Shown piece by piece: positions 30,385 through 37,620 of a stretch of DNA of 54,070 nucleotides (its first letter is position 1; the number at the start of each line of letters is the position of its first letter). Location: positions 1-54,070 of the forward strand of contig CBDUBY010000001.1 of NCBI GenBank assembly GCA_965365505.1. Reading direction: 5' to 3'. This DNA comes from an uncultured Pyrinomonadaceae bacterium (lineage in GTDB: Bacteria; Acidobacteriota; Blastocatellia; Pyrinomonadales; Pyrinomonadaceae). The notes under the pieces are model-generated. The model searched no databases and was not told the DNA's origin. It was given only the letters and a program-made list of their open reading frames with translations. Made by a program: the position numbers and the translations under genes.

Positions 30385-32022
30385 TCAGTGAGAATTATAG
30401 TTTGCCGCCGGATAATCACCGTTTTGTCCCCATTGCTGACCAACCGATGCTCCGTCGCTCGACCTTCTCCAATAGAAAGAAGTAAGAGCAGGATCGGCGT
30501 TAGTTCGATAGACGCTGATGTCGGTCACGCCGTCGCCGTCATAATCTCCTTGAGTCGAAAAATCGGTTGCTGATACGCCAAAAATGAAATGCTGCGTCGC
30601 GCCGTTGGTGCTGTTGCGGATAAACCAATTGATACTGCCGCCAATCGAGCGTCGAACCGCAATATCGGTTTTACAGTCGTTGTCATAGTAGCCGGGCACA
30701 ATCACGTCACTTGGTTGTCCAAACAAAAAGCTGGTTTGTCCGGCAGTCGTTTGGTTCAGGAAAAACTGTCCCGAGCCGCCGCCGCCGTTTCGTTGCACGA
30801 CAAAATCGTATCTGCCGTCGCCGTCATAATCGCCAGGCGCCGGAAAATCTCCGTTTTGTCCCCATTGATTATAAACGATTTGTCCTGATAAAGGTCCGCT
30901 GCTGGCGCGATAGAACCAGAAACTCGGATTGCCGGTATTTGTGCCTGCGCGATAAACCGCTGGGTCAACTTTACCGTCGCCGGTGTAATCGCCGATGACT
31001 GTCGGGTCATCGCCCGTTTGACCGAAAATATCCTCTCTAAATGTATTGGTTTGACTTTGCAGAATATAAAAATATCCCTGCGGTGCCTGGACAGTTCCGC
31101 CTCGCCAAACGGCAATATCGGATTTTCCGTCGCCGTCATAATCTGCCGGCACGAAATCATCGCCTACTTGTCCCCATTGACGAGTTGTATTGAACGGCAT
31201 ACCACTGCTGTTTTTGATATACCATGTAATCGCTCCACTTGGTCCGCCGCCCGTGTTGCGAACAACTGTGGGGTCGGTTTTGCCGTCGCCGTCAAAATCG
31301 AGCGGGCGCTTGGCGGTCGTGCAGCCGCCGGTCGGCGCTCCCGTATCTATTTCCAGCGTCCAGCCGCCGGCAATGCTTCCGCCGTCGCCGGTTATAAAAT
31401 CTCTGGTAAATAAATTCCACGTTCCGTTCGGATTAGTTCCACCGAAAACCGAAGAAAATGTTGCCGTTCCGCCGCTTGCCGGACCCGGATTCGCATAAGC
31501 GGTCAATGGTCCCGGAGCCGGAAAACTATCGCCCAGAAAATAAGACGTCGGCTTATAAGTTCCGGCAGTCCAACTAGTTTCAGGCAAAAAAGTTGCGCCC
31601 GTATCGCTCAAAGTATAAGTAACTCCGCTGACCGGATCTTCACCACCCGCGACATCCTGTATCAGAAATGCCGCGCCCGTCGGACCGACCAGCACAAAGC
31701 CTACGTCACTTGCGAAAGTATGACTGAAGTTGTTAATGGTAACTTTAATGCTGCCCGGCGTGGTGGGAATGTTGCCCGACAAACCGGTCACGTTAATCGG
31801 CGAAGGATACAAACTTCCGTTATTCGGTCCTCCGGTGCCAAAGGTAATCTCAGCGGAATTAGTAAATACCGCCTGCGGCGCGTCTGATTCAGAGACTGAC
31901 GGCGCGCTCTGGGCTTTCACTGCTAAAGTCGAAAAAAGCACTGCGACTAGAGCCGCGAAAGCCGTCATCCCATCAAGGATTTTTTTCAAATCCTTTTTTT
32001 CAATATTTATTTTTTCTTTCAT
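30385..32022 (-). CDS. secreted protein: proprotein-convertase P-domain-like module + FG-GAP/VCBS beta-propeller
   Basis: AGGAG RBS and a signal sequence. P-domain-like VTINNFSHTFASDVGFVLVGPTGAAF...GTWNLFTRDFITGDGGSIAGGWTLEI. Six DxDGDGKxDxxVxR-type repeats follow (DFDGDGKTDPTVVR, ADYDGDGKSDIAVWR, GDYTGDGKVDPAVYR, GDYDGDGRYDFVVQR, GYYDNDCKTDIAVRR, GDYDGDGVTDISVYR). Confidence 0.8.
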   Translation of the reverse strand: MKEKINIEKKDLKKILDGMTAFAALVAVLFSTLAVKAQSAPSVSESDAPQAVFTNSAEITFGTGGPNNGSLYPSPINVTGLSGNIPTTPGSIKVTINNFSHTFASDVGFVLVGPTGAAFLIQDVAGGEDPVSGVTYTLSDTGATFLPETSWTAGTYKPTSYFLGDSFPAPGPLTAYANPGPASGGTATFSSVFGGTNPNGTWNLFTRDFITGDGGSIAGGWTLEIDTGAPTGGCTTAKRPLDFDGDGKTDPTVVRNTGGGPSGAITWYIKNSSGMPFNTTRQWGQVGDDFVPADYDGDGKSDIAVWRGGTVQAPQGYFYILQSQTNTFREDIFGQTGDDPTVIGDYTGDGKVDPAVYRAGTNTGNPSFWFYRASSGPLSGQIVYNQWGQNGDFPAPGDYDGDGRYDFVVQRNGGGGSGQFFLNQTTAGQTSFLFGQPSDVIVPGYYDNDCKTDIAVRRSIGGSINWFIRNSTNGATQHFIFGVSATDFSTQGDYDGDGVTDISVYRTNADPALTSFYWRRSSDGASVGQQWGQNGDYPAANYNSH

Positions 32023-32480
32023 TGGATTCTCCTATTTCGAATTTAACTTAAAAATTAAGAATTGGATTTTCACGGTATGGTTGATAATCAACCTAGAAAG
32101 CGGCAACTGCCCCAATACCCATTTCAAATTATTAACAATCAATTTCTCCGCAGCAGAGAAATCTCATCCTAATCAATTTGAAGAAAAAACCGGCTGTTCG
32201 TATCATCGGATCAATACTTTTAATAGATGGCAATTGCGCGAGAATTGTATTTTATTCGGCGTCTAAAGTCCATTGTGCCTGACTATTTTTCAAACAGAAA
32301 TCTCCGATTTGAAAAGTCAATTTGCCGCAGCCATAATAGAGCAAAAAATATATTTTCATTTCGTCATTTATCTGCAAACTTTAAAACGAATCGGTTCTTA
32401 TAATTTTTGTAACGTAAGATACCGAAATAAATAATTCACAATCAAGCCTCGAAATGAGGTCTAGGAACAAGGAGAAAACT

Positions 32481-33056
32481 ATGCTAATTGCGTTAGAAGG
32501 CAGTTCGCCGACCATTCGCGGAGAAAACAATCGTAAATACTATGTCTGGGAAGTCTATCAAAACACCAGCCACGCCGGAATATATGTTCCGGGACCGGCG
32601 GCTATTTCCTGGGGACCGAGCGGCATTAACATCAGAAAAATGGCAGATAAAGCGACGACTTATATCAAAGCCAATTCGGGACCGATTTTCTTAGTCGGCT
32701 GGAGTCGCGGCGCGGCGGCGTGTGTGCAGACCGCGCTCGATTTGTATCGTTCGGGTCACGGACAAAATATCGAAGCGATGTTTTTATTCGACGCGGTTGA
32801 CCAGGACGGTTCGACCAACGATTTTTTAAATTTCATTCCGGGCAATGTCAACAACGCATATCACGCGATTGCCACCGACAAAAGCTGGATGGACAGGCAA
32901 ATTTTCCCGACCTGCGCGAAAACCGCCGCGCCAAGCGTTAATCTCGTCCCAAAAACATTTCACGCCACGCACGGCGGAATTGCGGGTGCCGGAGAAACCG
33001 ACGGCGGCTCGAAAGAATGGATGTGGAATCACCTGCGAACGCACAATGTTCTCTAA
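32481..33056 (+). CDS. minimal alpha/beta-hydrolase, DUF2235/Tle1-like (GWSRGA nucleophile elbow)
   Basis: AAGGAG RBS 6 nt before ATG 32481. LVGWSRGAAAC (GxSxG in the GFSRGA-like form), LFDAVDQ (Asp) and FHATHGGIAG (His). Only about 191 aa and no signal peptide. Confidence 0.5.
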   Translation: MLIALEGSSPTIRGENNRKYYVWEVYQNTSHAGIYVPGPAAISWGPSGINIRKMADKATTYIKANSGPIFLVGWSRGAAACVQTALDLYRSGHGQNIEAMFLFDAVDQDGSTNDFLNFIPGNVNNAYHAIATDKSWMDRQIFPTCAKTAAPSVNLVPKTFHATHGGIAGAGETDGGSKEWMWNHLRTHNVL

Positions 33057-33074
33057 TCAAATAATATTTACGAA

Positions 33075-33112
33075 TAAAAAAGGCGCGTTCACAAACGCGC
33101 CTTTTTTATTTT
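33075..33112. terminator. bidirectional intrinsic terminator between convergent genes
   Basis: AAAAAAGGCGCGTT-caca-AACGCGCCTTTTTT. Confidence 0.85.
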
Positions 33113-33119
33113 GCGGCTT

Positions 33120-33566
33120 TTACTCGCCGATGTCTTCGTTCCAAATCTTCGGGTTTTCCCTGATATAATCGCCGAGCATCTTTTTACATTCCGGCGAATC
33201 GAGATTGACAACTTTCACTCCATTTTCTCTCAGCCATTCGATTCCGCCGTCAAAATTTTCGGTCTCGCCGACGATGACTGTGCCGATTTTGAATTGCCTG
33301 ATTAACCCCGAACAATACCAGCACGGCGCGAGCGTCGTCGCCATAATCGTCTGTCGGTAATCGCGCTGCCGCCCGCTTTTGCGAAACGCATCGGTTTCGC
33401 CGTGAATCGAAGGATCGTTTTCCTGCACACGACGGTTGCGACCGCGACCGAGCAAATTTCCCGAAGCGTCAAAAAGAGCCGCGCCGATTGGAATGCCGCC
33501 TTCGGCTAAACCGATTCGTGCTTCTTCAATCGCCACGTCTAACATCTGGTGAAAGTTTTCGTTCAT
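33120..33566 (-). CDS. CDA-fold cytosine deaminase, yeast Fcy1-type
   Basis: HGETDA (H-x-E zinc/catalytic motif), TLAPCWYCSG (PCxxC), and the C-terminus ENPKIWNEDIGE closely matching yeast Fcy1 ...WFEDIGE as I recall it. The ATG overlaps the upstream stop (ATGA at 33563-33566). Confidence 0.8.
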   Translation of the reverse strand: MNENFHQMLDVAIEEARIGLAEGGIPIGAALFDASGNLLGRGRNRRVQENDPSIHGETDAFRKSGRQRDYRQTIMATTLAPCWYCSGLIRQFKIGTVIVGETENFDGGIEWLRENGVKVVNLDSPECKKMLGDYIRENPKIWNEDIGE

Positions 33567-34315
33567 AAATTTTTCAATCTAATGCGAATCAGCAAATCGT
33601 TCAAATCATTTTTAGCGTTCGCCGCATCCGGCAAATCGCTTCGCTGCATTTCCTTTTCCAATTCAGCGACCAGCCGTTCGTATTCTTTCTGGTAAAAATT
33701 CAAATCTGCGCCGGGCAAAATGTCGCGTTCCGCGCCGGATGTTTTGCGCTCAATCAATTCGGGCACGTAAGGCAGATTAAATTTCTCGTTCAGCTTCGGC
33801 AGATTCGCTTCGATTTCGCCCGTTTGCATCAGATTGATGCCGGTCAGAAGCACGCGAAGGATATACAGCAGCGGCTTGACGCGCGGCTGCGGTTCTTTCG
33901 AGAAAAGTTTCCATTCGGTTTTGGCGAACCCGAAATAATGATGCGCGTGATAGCGCGTGATACACCGCTTGCCGATGCTTTTTAACTCGTCGTGTTCCGG
34001 CGTAGTCAGCACAATCAGCGGCGAAAACAGTTGTTCGAGAACATAACCGTTTTTCTTGAGCATCAGCGCGAAAAACTTCCTCGCGTCGTGCGTCACCAAA
34101 TCGAGTTCCAATCCGTCACGAATCTCCTCAACCTGAACCGTCTCGCGCCCGACATCCAACCCGACGACATCAGCCAGCGGCAAAACGTGAACGCCGCGCA
34201 AATCATAATCCGAATCCGCCGACGGAAATCCGTAAAGATGCGCCCCGCTGACAGTCGCAAAAACTAGCGGAAAAGGATGTTCGAAAGCTATTTGTTTGAG
34301 CTTTTCTTCGATCAT
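33563..34315 (-). CDS. Pol-beta-superfamily nucleotidyltransferase, YcgL/PF10127-like (paralogue 1)
   Basis: FPLVFATVSGAHLYGFPSADSDYDLRGVHVLP matches the GSHLYGFxSxxSDxDxRG signature I recall for B. subtilis YcgL-type proteins. Start set at ATG 34315, 1 nt after the upstream TAA. The track start at 34351 would overlap by 35 nt. Confidence 0.7.
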   Translation of the reverse strand: MIEEKLKQIAFEHPFPLVFATVSGAHLYGFPSADSDYDLRGVHVLPLADVVGLDVGRETVQVEEIRDGLELDLVTHDARKFFALMLKKNGYVLEQLFSPLIVLTTPEHDELKSIGKRCITRYHAHHYFGFAKTEWKLFSKEPQPRVKPLLYILRVLLTGINLMQTGEIEANLPKLNEKFNLPYVPELIERKTSGAERDILPGADLNFYQKEYERLVAELEKEMQRSDLPDAANAKNDLNDLLIRIRLKNL

Positions 34316-34316
34316 T

Positions 34317-34778
34317 TTAATCTCTAAGTCTTGAGTTCCAACCGCGTTCAAGCGAAGCTTTAAATTCTTCTGGCGTTTCCAGCGAAAGCCAGTAAAGATA
34401 TGTTTTTCCTCTTTGCTTTGCTTCTTTATCCAATGGTTCTGCTAACAGTGACTCAACTTCTTTGCGAACTTGTTCAATACCTACAACTTCCGCAAAATAC
34501 CAAGGAAGTTCTTCTATACTCACATCCCAATTTTTCAGTGAAAGTCTAATATCTTCGCGCAAATTTCTATTGTATTTAGGTTTCAATTTCCACAATAGCC
34601 CACCTGCCGCTGCTTGATAGGGATATAAATTATCAAGAAAGAAAATTTCAAGAAGCCCTTCAAGAACAATATCAGAGTCCTCTTTTTTCAATCTGAGCAT
34701 TAGATGGCGAACACCTTGCCAAGCATTCTGTCCGCCCACAACTTTTATTAATTCAAGTCTTATTTGTTCTGGTTTCAT
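34317..34778 (-). CDS. hypothetical helical protein (AT-rich insert between the two NTase genes)
   Basis: 153 aa, predicted helical, no recognisable family. Hand-counted lines give about 32-38% G+C, against about 55% for a neighbouring NTase line. Confidence 0.6.
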   Translation of the reverse strand: MKPEQIRLELIKVVGGQNAWQGVRHLMLRLKKEDSDIVLEGLLEIFFLDNLYPYQAAAGGLLWKLKPKYNRNLREDIRLSLKNWDVSIEELPWYFAEVVGIEQVRKEVESLLAEPLDKEAKQRGKTYLYWLSLETPEEFKASLERGWNSRLRD

Positions 34779-34781
34779 TTT

Positions 34782-35717
34782 CTAAACAACTGACCGTCTG
34801 GCTCGAATCAAAAACTCATTCGCCCTTTTGTAATCGGAATTTTCCGGTAAATTCGTTCGGGCGAAGGCTTCGTCAAATTCCCTGTGCAGATTGACGCGCC
34901 ACTCGTTGACTTCGCGCCATTCGAGTTCGGCGTTTTTTATCGCCAGCAGTTTCGGGCGATGTTCGGCGGTGACGCGCACGATTAAATCAGCTTCGCGCAG
35001 AATTTCGATGCCCTGCACGAGCAGTCGTATCAAGTGCATCGCGTGTTTCCATTTAACCGTGCCGGCGGTGCGCAAATCCTGTTCGAGCTTTTTGAACTGC
35101 GACATCACATAGCCGTTGTAAGTTTGATAAACGAGCTTCGACAAAAAGATTTGCCTGATCGAAAGCAGCTCGGCGGCAAGCTCGCTTTGGTATTCGACGA
35201 GCGGCGTGAAAAGACATTCCAAAATATTCGGATTCGCTTTGAGCGCGAGCGTCAGAAACTTTTTCAATTCCCAGTAACATTCTTCCGTGTCTTTGTTCTC
35301 AAGCTGTTCCGGCACGCCGAACAAAGACCAATGCACATCGGCGGGCGGCAGATAAATCCCGCGTAAATCGGTGTCGGAATTCTCATCGTCCAGCCCGAAC
35401 GCCTTTGAACCGACGACGCAGCGGTAAATCACGAAATCATACAAATCGAAGTCTTCGAGCGGCGAAATCAAACCGCTCTGCTCGGTCTGAAATTCCTTGC
35501 GAATCGAAAAACTTTTACGGTTCGCCATCGCGCATCTGCCGTCGGGAAACTCGATTTTGTAGGCATGAAAAGCATCGGCTGGTGTTTCAACGACTTTGCC
35601 GACCGTTCCCTTCGCGTAAAAAGAATTTTCGTTAAAGACTTTTGTTTCGTTGAGCAGAACAATCTGCGTCCCTTTCGGAATTATCAGATTAAAATCCGTG
35701 TCTTTCGCATTTTTCAT
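34782..35717 (-). CDS. Pol-beta-superfamily nucleotidyltransferase, PF10127-like, with extra N-terminal beta-rich domain (paralogue 2)
   Basis: VIYRCVVGSKAFGLDDENSDTDLRGIYLPPADV gives the same G[SG]...D-x-D-x-RG signature. About 95 additional N-terminal residues (IIPKGTQIVLL...GTVGKVVETP...YKIEFPDGR). Confidence 0.7.
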   Translation of the reverse strand: MKNAKDTDFNLIIPKGTQIVLLNETKVFNENSFYAKGTVGKVVETPADAFHAYKIEFPDGRCAMANRKSFSIRKEFQTEQSGLISPLEDFDLYDFVIYRCVVGSKAFGLDDENSDTDLRGIYLPPADVHWSLFGVPEQLENKDTEECYWELKKFLTLALKANPNILECLFTPLVEYQSELAAELLSIRQIFLSKLVYQTYNGYVMSQFKKLEQDLRTAGTVKWKHAMHLIRLLVQGIEILREADLIVRVTAEHRPKLLAIKNAELEWREVNEWRVNLHREFDEAFARTNLPENSDYKRANEFLIRARRSVV

Positions 35718-35822
35718 TCATAAGATTTTAATAATTAAACCTCGCTTTATACTAATGTAACGAGGCGCGGAAACACCTTTACGCAATAATTTGGAATGTG
35801 AACGATTTGTTAAATTTTCTGC

Positions 35823-35852
35823 TTGACACTAAAAATTTCCTTTTGCTATATT
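35823..35852 (+). promoter_or_regulatory. sigma-70-type promoter for the repeat RNA
   Basis: TTGACA (35823-35828), 18-nt spacer, TATATT (35847-35852). The predicted start near 35859 coincides with the 5' end of the outer stem. Confidence 0.6.
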
Positions 35853-35873
35853 AATTTTAGTTCGTGGTTGTTT

Positions 35874-35904
35874 GTTAGTTAGTTACTTAGTTAGTTAGTT
35901 AGTT
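35874..35904 (+). repeat. tetranucleotide tract 1: (GTTA)3 CTTA (GTTA)3 GTT
   Basis: Read directly from the sequence. Confidence 0.95.
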
Positions 35905-35928
35905 TGTAACTATTTCGGTAGTTACTTT

Positions 35929-35955
35929 GTTAGTTAGTTAGTTAGTTAGTTAGTT
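35929..35955 (+). repeat. tetranucleotide tract 2: (GTTA)6 GTT
   Basis: Read directly from the sequence. Confidence 0.95.
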
Positions 35956-35976
35956 CATTTGCAACCACAACTAAAA

Positions 35977-36020
35977 AGCCCGTTTAGCCGTCAAAAGCTA
36001 AACGGGCTTTTTCTTTTTTT
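35977..36020 (+). terminator. strong intrinsic terminator
   Basis: AGCCCGTTTAGC-cgtcaaaa-GCTAAACGGGCT followed by TTTTCTTTTTTT. Confidence 0.9.
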
Positions 36021-36078
36021 CCGGTAATTTACGAATTAAAACAACGGTTGTGTTAATTTATTGTAAGGAGAAACCTTT

Positions 36079-36438
36079 ATGTCACAAGATTTTCAGCCCG
36101 GCGATTTTTTAATTTTTCAGATTGAAAGCGGTTACGGCTTGCTGCGTATTCTGGCAATTGACCAAACCGAAACGGGAACAATCTGGCATCTGGCAGCTTA
36201 TAATGAAATGTTTCTCGATATTGAGATGGCTGACGCGGCACTTGAAAATTATCACACATTAACGAAAAGCTATCAGCATCTGGCACTGACGACGCGGGCT
36301 TTTGAAAGCACACAGGTTGCGCGAATGAAAAACGAGCCGTTGTCTGATGACGAACTCGAAAACGTCGCGCATTGGCGTGTCAATGAACAGAGCGAAGTTT
36401 CCGATTTGTCGGTCAGGTTGCTGCTCGGATTGCGATGA
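36079..36438 (+). CDS. hypothetical small acidic protein
   Basis: AAGGAG RBS at 36065-36070, 8 nt before the ATG. 119 aa, with about 19 D/E against about 8 K/R by hand count. Beta-rich N-terminus (GDFLIFQIESGYGLLRILAID). No family recognised. Confidence 0.6.
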   Translation: MSQDFQPGDFLIFQIESGYGLLRILAIDQTETGTIWHLAAYNEMFLDIEMADAALENYHTLTKSYQHLALTTRAFESTQVARMKNEPLSDDELENVAHWRVNEQSEVSDLSVRLLLGLR

Positions 36439-36441
36439 CTT

Positions 36442-37620
36442 TTATCTTAACTTTCTTCGGTCCAATTCCTTTTTTATTAAATCCAGTTCACGGCTAACCT
36501 GTCCCGCGACGCTCGTGTTTTCCTGCGCCCGCCGTATCAAATACGGCACGACCTCCTGAACCGCGCCGTATGGAACGTATTTCGAAACGTTGTATTCGTG
36601 TTTGGCAAGAACGTAGGAAAGATTGTCGCTCATTCCGTAAAGCTGTGAAAAGAAAACGTGCGGGTGATTGTGTTTGATTCCCTTTTGATGAAGTTTTTCC
36701 GCCAGACGGCAAACGCTTTCCTCGTTGTGCGTTCCGGCGACAAACGCGATTTCTTCGATATTACTCAGGCAATAATCAACCGCTGCGTCAAAATCGCGGT
36801 CGGTCGCCGCTTTGTCCGCGTGAATCGGCGACGGGTAATTCATTTCTTCGGCTCGTTCACGCTCTTTTTCCATATACGCGCCGCGCACTAATTTAACCGC
36901 CAGCAGATAATTATTTTCCTTAGCTTTGCGATGCGACTCTTTGAGAAATTCAAGACGATCGTGGCGGTAAAGCTGAATCGTGTTGTAAATAATCGGCTCA
37001 TCCACGTTGTATTTTTCCATCATTTCCGTTGCCAGATTATCAATCGCCTCTTGTATCCAGGATTCTTCGGCATCAATAAAAACCGGCTGATTGATGGAAT
37101 GAGCATATTCGCAAATTTCATTGACCCGCGCTCTGGTTCGATCCCACTCCGCTGCTTCGCCCTTCAGCAATTCTTTGCCGTCGTTGATTTTTTCCAGAAG
37201 TTCGATTCGCGCCACGCCGGTAACTTTAAAGACGGCGAACGGAACATATTCGTCTTCTTTGGCGCGCGTGACGGTACGGATAATTTCGTTTTTCGTGCTT
37301 TCAAAAATCGTTTCCAAAGATTTGCCCTCGACCGAATAATCGAGAATCGTCCCGATGCGCGACGCGCCGAGTTTTTCAATCGTCGGCTGACACTCTTCAA
37401 TCGTTTCGCCGCCGCAGAATTGACGAAAAACCGTTTGCTTGATAATGCCTTTCACCGGCAAATGTATTTTCAGAAACAATTGGGTCAAAGTCGTTCCGAT
37501 GCTCGTCAAAATCGGCGAGTTCATCAATCGAAAAAGCGCGTATTTGCGTTTCAACTCGCCGTCGGTTTTATCGGCGAAAGCGGTCGCCGTATCCTGGAAA
37601 TTTATTTTGAATTCGCTCAT
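36442..37620 (-). CDS. proline dehydrogenase (monofunctional PutA-like)
   Basis: TIM-barrel PRODH pattern: FCGGETIEEC, ILDYSVEG, VKLVRGAYMEKER, and a C-terminal YGAVQEVVPYLIRRAQEN. Confidence 0.85.
   Translation of the reverse strand: MSEFKINFQDTATAFADKTDGELKRKYALFRLMNSPILTSIGTTLTQLFLKIHLPVKGIIKQTVFRQFCGGETIEECQPTIEKLGASRIGTILDYSVEGKSLETIFESTKNEIIRTVTRAKEDEYVPFAVFKVTGVARIELLEKINDGKELLKGEAAEWDRTRARVNEICEYAHSINQPVFIDAEESWIQEAIDNLATEMMEKYNVDEPIIYNTIQLYRHDRLEFLKESHRKAKENNYLLAVKLVRGAYMEKERERAEEMNYPSPIHADKAATDRDFDAAVDYCLSNIEEIAFVAGTHNEESVCRLAEKLHQKGIKHNHPHVFFSQLYGMSDNLSYVLAKHEYNVSKYVPYGAVQEVVPYLIRRAQENTSVAGQVSRELDLIKKELDRRKLR

Larger units (their letters stand above)
35858..36020 (+). ncRNA. candidate novel structured RNA built from (GUUA)n tracts, with its own promoter and terminator
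   Basis: The outer stem pairs 35858-35870 (TAGTTCGTGGTTG) with 35962-35973 (CAACCACAACTA), giving 12 bp and 1 bulge. The central hairpin is GTAACTA-tttcgg-TAGTTAC (35906-35925). Two same-sense tetranucleotide arms lie between the stems. A 12-bp terminator plus U-run closes the unit. Stop codons occur in all six frames. Confidence 0.55.

Noticed and set aside
33120-33566. tRNA adenosine deaminase (TadA) or dCMP deaminase assignment
   Set aside because: The HGE rather than HAE motif, the spacing, and the Fcy1-like C-terminal WNEDIGE tail all point to the yeast-type cytosine deaminase subgroup. This still needs a profile search.
35874-35955. CRISPR array or ordinary coding repeat
   Set aside because: The units are 4 nt with no spacers, no cas genes are in the window, and stops occur in all six frames.
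35874-35955. Binding site for a TRAP- or HutP-like protein
   Set aside because: Known TRAP and HutP sites have UAG/GAG triplets separated by 2-4 nt spacers, whereas here the period is exactly 4 nt. No mtrB- or hutP-like gene was seen. It is kept only as an analogy.
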